Shown: in pieces, positions 61,477 to 64,000 of the stretch | How positions within the stretch are numbered: position 1 is the first letter of the stretch | Layout: every line of letters begins with the position of its first letter | DNA from: an uncultured Verrucomicrobiae bacterium | GTDB taxonomy: Bacteria; Verrucomicrobiota; Verrucomicrobiia; Chthoniobacterales; JAFAMB01 | Reading direction: 5' to 3' | DNA: 64,000 nucleotides | Assembly: GCA_963762565.1 (NCBI GenBank) | Contig: CAVXLD010000001.1 | Span: forward strand, 352,001 to 416,000 | The notes under the pieces: generated by a model | What the model was told of the DNA's origin: nothing | Database searches by the model: none | What the model saw: only the letters and a program-made list of their open reading frames with translations | Program-made: the position numbers and the translations under genes

Positions 61477-62042
61477 TGCATCTGTAGCGGTACACCGAAA
61501 ACATTGAACGGGACCTGATCAACGGTGGTGGTCACGTCCCACTGAGCCTGAACGATGCCGGAGCCCGAATTGAATATCGGCTTATTATTGTTCCGGTCAT
61601 TGTTAGTCTGGTCATTAGTAGAGGTTCGCGACGCTCCCGGAAACACTCGTTTTTGAACCGGGCCATTCCCCGTTTGCTGGTACTCGATCTGGGCGCCATC
61701 GAAATGAAACTCGGCAGTCCCGTTTTGATTAACGCAAACGAGCCAATCTCCGGATGAATTTCCGGGAGGAAGCGGACTGCTGGGATTGCTAGGAGGAGCC
61801 GTTTCATAAATTTGGAAATCAACAGCGCTCTTAATGGAATCGTCCATGATTTCCGCTAGAGCTTCATGCTGGGCCTCTAAAGAGGTTGCTTGTAGAACAG
61901 CTGCTTGGCGCTGCATGGCTGTAAGCAGGAAGCCGGTGGCGGCGCTGACCACCAGAAAAACGCCCAGCATCGCAGCAAGCATCTCAGCCAGCGTAAACCC
62001 GGATTGGCCGGAGTATGGTGTTGCAGGTTCCACAAAGATCAA
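61473..62042 (-). CDS. Prepilin/pseudopilin (PilW/GspJ-like)
   Basis: G|FTLAEMLAA N-methylation motif. Confidence 0.8.
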   Translation of the reverse strand: MIFVEPATPYSGQSGFTLAEMLAAMLGVFLVVSAATGFLLTAMQRQAAVLQATSLEAQHEALAEIMDDSIKSAVDFQIYETAPPSNPSSPLPPGNSSGDWLVCVNQNGTAEFHFDGAQIEYQQTGNGPVQKRVFPGASRTSTNDQTNNDRNNNKPIFNSGSGIVQAQWDVTTTVDQVPFNVFGVPLQMQ

Positions 62043-62794
62043 GGATTCAGCACTACCGTCTTCGTCATCTGTCGAGAGGCTTGGGTTCCGTAGCTTGGAA
62101 CGGTATAGGTTAGAACCAACTCACTTGTCCCCGGTGCGGTTCCGTTTGTCATCGAGACCGAAAACGGAATCAGATTCCCAAACGAGCCTGTGCCGGTCTG
62201 ACCGGCGATTAACCGGGGATGATAGAGGTAGCCAGTTATCGGGGTTTGCTGTGAAGACTCGTTTACTGTGAAAGGTCGAGAGTCCGGCGGCCCAAACGTC
62301 TGTAGTTCATAGTATTGGCGGAGGATGCGCTCAGCCCGGCTATCCAGGCGAGTTAAGAGTTCCTGGTAATCAGCCAACCGCCACGCGGCGGTAATTCCGA
62401 CGGCGGAAAGGGTTAGAATGAACAGGCTGGCTAAAACCTCGACGAGCGAGAAAGCGGCTTGAAGGCGAATCCGCGGAGCGTTGCCTCGCTTCCGCCTCCG
62501 CTTCGCTACGGCGCGACAGGTGCGAGGCCGTGGTGAACAGAGAAACTTAAGTAGGTAGAGCCCTTCATCGTAGTGCGCCCTGTCGTCTACGGGTTGCGAC
62601 GAGTTGGGGGCCAGCCGTGCCCGCGAGATCGCGTCACGTTGGACGTCCTCGATCGGCGCGATACAGAGCGTAGACCGTCGAATGGCGCGAGTGATGATAA
62701 GACGCTGCTCACCACGGCCTCGCAAGCGAGGCAGCGCTCCACGGTTCCGACCGAGGCAGAGGCGCTCAATCCTTGTCGGGCAAGTCCAACTCAT
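62039..62794 (-). CDS. Prepilin/pseudopilin (PilV/GspI-like) with abnormally long repeat-derived leader
   Basis: A|FSLVEVLAS motif; nearest in-frame ATG is 62794, upstream of the repeat element. Confidence 0.7.
   Translation of the reverse strand: MSWTCPTRIERLCLGRNRGALPRLRGRGEQRLIITRAIRRSTLCIAPIEDVQRDAISRARLAPNSSQPVDDRAHYDEGLYLLKFLCSPRPRTCRAVAKRRRKRGNAPRIRLQAAFSLVEVLASLFILTLSAVGITAAWRLADYQELLTRLDSRAERILRQYYELQTFGPPDSRPFTVNESSQQTPITGYLYHPRLIAGQTGTGSFGNLIPFSVSMTNGTAPGTSELVLTYTVPSYGTQASRQMTKTVVLNP
62471..62744. repeat. REP-doublet inverted repeat with a nested 30-bp insertion
   Basis: 40-bp arms 62705-62744 and 62471-62540, the latter interrupted by 62491-62520. Confidence 0.85.
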
Positions 62795-63995
62795 CCTTTT
62801 GAGTCTTTCGGTTCTGCTTGTCAGGGCCATTCAGCGGAACGGGCGGCGGCTCCCCTGGTAGATTGGATTGGTCCTGCAGACTTCGTCTTTCGCTTTCACC
62901 CAACCTGTCGAACCGGTGATCGTCCGCGGGTATAATCGTCGGACAAACAATTACGATAAGATTTGTCCGCTGCTTTGAGTAAGATCTTGTTCTGAAAACA
63001 TATCCGAGAAGAGGAATTTTGGAAAGTCCGGGAACCGCATTTGCAGTGAAAGTCACGCTATCCTGCAGAATCCCACCAATCACGGCGGCTTCACCGCTTC
63101 GCACGGTCACATCCGCAGTCGTGCTTCGCGTAGAGACGATCGGTATCTGAGTGCTGGTACCAGGTTGGGCCGCGCTGGTGCCTGAGATCGTAGACAGGGC
63201 CGGGTTTAGATTAAGGTCTATCAGCCCTCCTGCCAAAATCCGAGCCACGATATCAACCGTCAGACCAGTCGTAAATGTATATGGTACAGTGCTAGGTCCG
63301 TAGGCCTGGGTACCAGGCGTCTGTAAGAAAATCGTCTGCTTGGTGTCAGAACGTATGGTGACCGGCATCCCGCTCTTTGCTACCGTCATGGGCGAATTGT
63401 TAGTTCTAACCCGGCCCTTAGCCTTCAAGGCTTGCAAAGTGACTTGAACATTGGACATGTTCAGCACCAATCCATTTGTGAAAAAGCCGCCGCCATGGGC
63501 GTTGAGCGCGCCGGTTATGGTCTGAAGGTTAGATGCCGGTGGAATTCCGGCACTTCCGGTGAGCGAAAACGTGGCGCCTTGCCCGGGCTGTAACCCGAGA
63601 GTTTGGCTCCAGTCCAACCCTCCCCCTATGGAGTTAGTATCTGTGACTTCAACAATGTAGGTCTTGATGAGAATCTGCTCCTCCGCAACATCGAGTCGCT
63701 GCAGCTCAGTACTAATTAGGTCATGCTGCTCCGGGGTGGCACGAACAACCAAAGAGTTAGTGCTTCGCTCCACGAACACGGCACTTTGACCACTTTTTTC
63801 GAAACCACCCACCGACAATGGAGCATCAAAAGGTACGCCAGGTTCATAGCGGGGCTGGCTTTGATCCGAACTAGTTCCAGATGTCCCCAGAGCGTCGGGT
63901 GTCACCGTCGTATTTTCCGGTTTCGGATAGGCCGGAAAGTTGCTTTGAGCCGGTATCACTTTTATCCCTAAATAATTTGCGATTGGTTGAAGCAA
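62766..63995 (-). CDS. Secretin (GspD/PilQ family), 5'-truncated by window edge
   Basis: ERSTNSLVVR, AAVIGGIL, VPGLSKIPLLGYVFR, NLIVIVCP. Confidence 0.9.
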   Translation of the reverse strand: MLQPIANYLGIKVIPAQSNFPAYPKPENTTVTPDALGTSGTSSDQSQPRYEPGVPFDAPLSVGGFEKSGQSAVFVERSTNSLVVRATPEQHDLISTELQRLDVAEEQILIKTYIVEVTDTNSIGGGLDWSQTLGLQPGQGATFSLTGSAGIPPASNLQTITGALNAHGGGFFTNGLVLNMSNVQVTLQALKAKGRVRTNNSPMTVAKSGMPVTIRSDTKQTIFLQTPGTQAYGPSTVPYTFTTGLTVDIVARILAGGLIDLNLNPALSTISGTSAAQPGTSTQIPIVSTRSTTADVTVRSGEAAVIGGILQDSVTFTANAVPGLSKIPLLGYVFRTRSYSKQRTNLIVIVCPTIIPADDHRFDRLGESERRSLQDQSNLPGEPPPVPLNGPDKQNRKTQKDELDLPDKD

Positions 63996-64000
63996 AAGCT

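Overview
A 64-kb bacterial chromosomal segment. Gene content and the TonB-receptor style suggest a soil Verrucomicrobiota (Chthoniobacterales-like) genome, but this is inference only. From left to right: (1) 1-12 kb, an alternative complex III (actA-G) + SCO + A2-type caa3 oxidase respiratory operon; (2) 12-28 kb, a general-stress/sugar-oxidation region containing a co-oriented ASRT - TPP enzyme - enolase-family - duplicated His membrane protein - GDH-subunit-3-like - GMC flavoprotein - GH15 - SDR operon; (3) 28-57 kb, a patchwork of secreted and accessory genes (7-repeat beta-propeller, frameshifted glycosidase-like gene, a sedolisin with its catalytic residues substituted, a divergent PII, phosphoesterase, sugar ABC transporter, lectin-like miniprotein, L,D-transpeptidase, TonB receptor preceded by a 35-aa beta-signal mini-ORF); (4) 57-64 kb, a VapBC-type pair with a frameshifted antitoxin and a T2SS/type IV pilus-like operon in which two pilin-like genes carry palindromic repeat elements inside their leader-coding regions. 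Several families of non-autonomous palindromic repeats/MITEs are present, some nested. I found no transposase, tRNA, rRNA or CRISPR array. All calls come from reading motifs by eye; no database searches were run.
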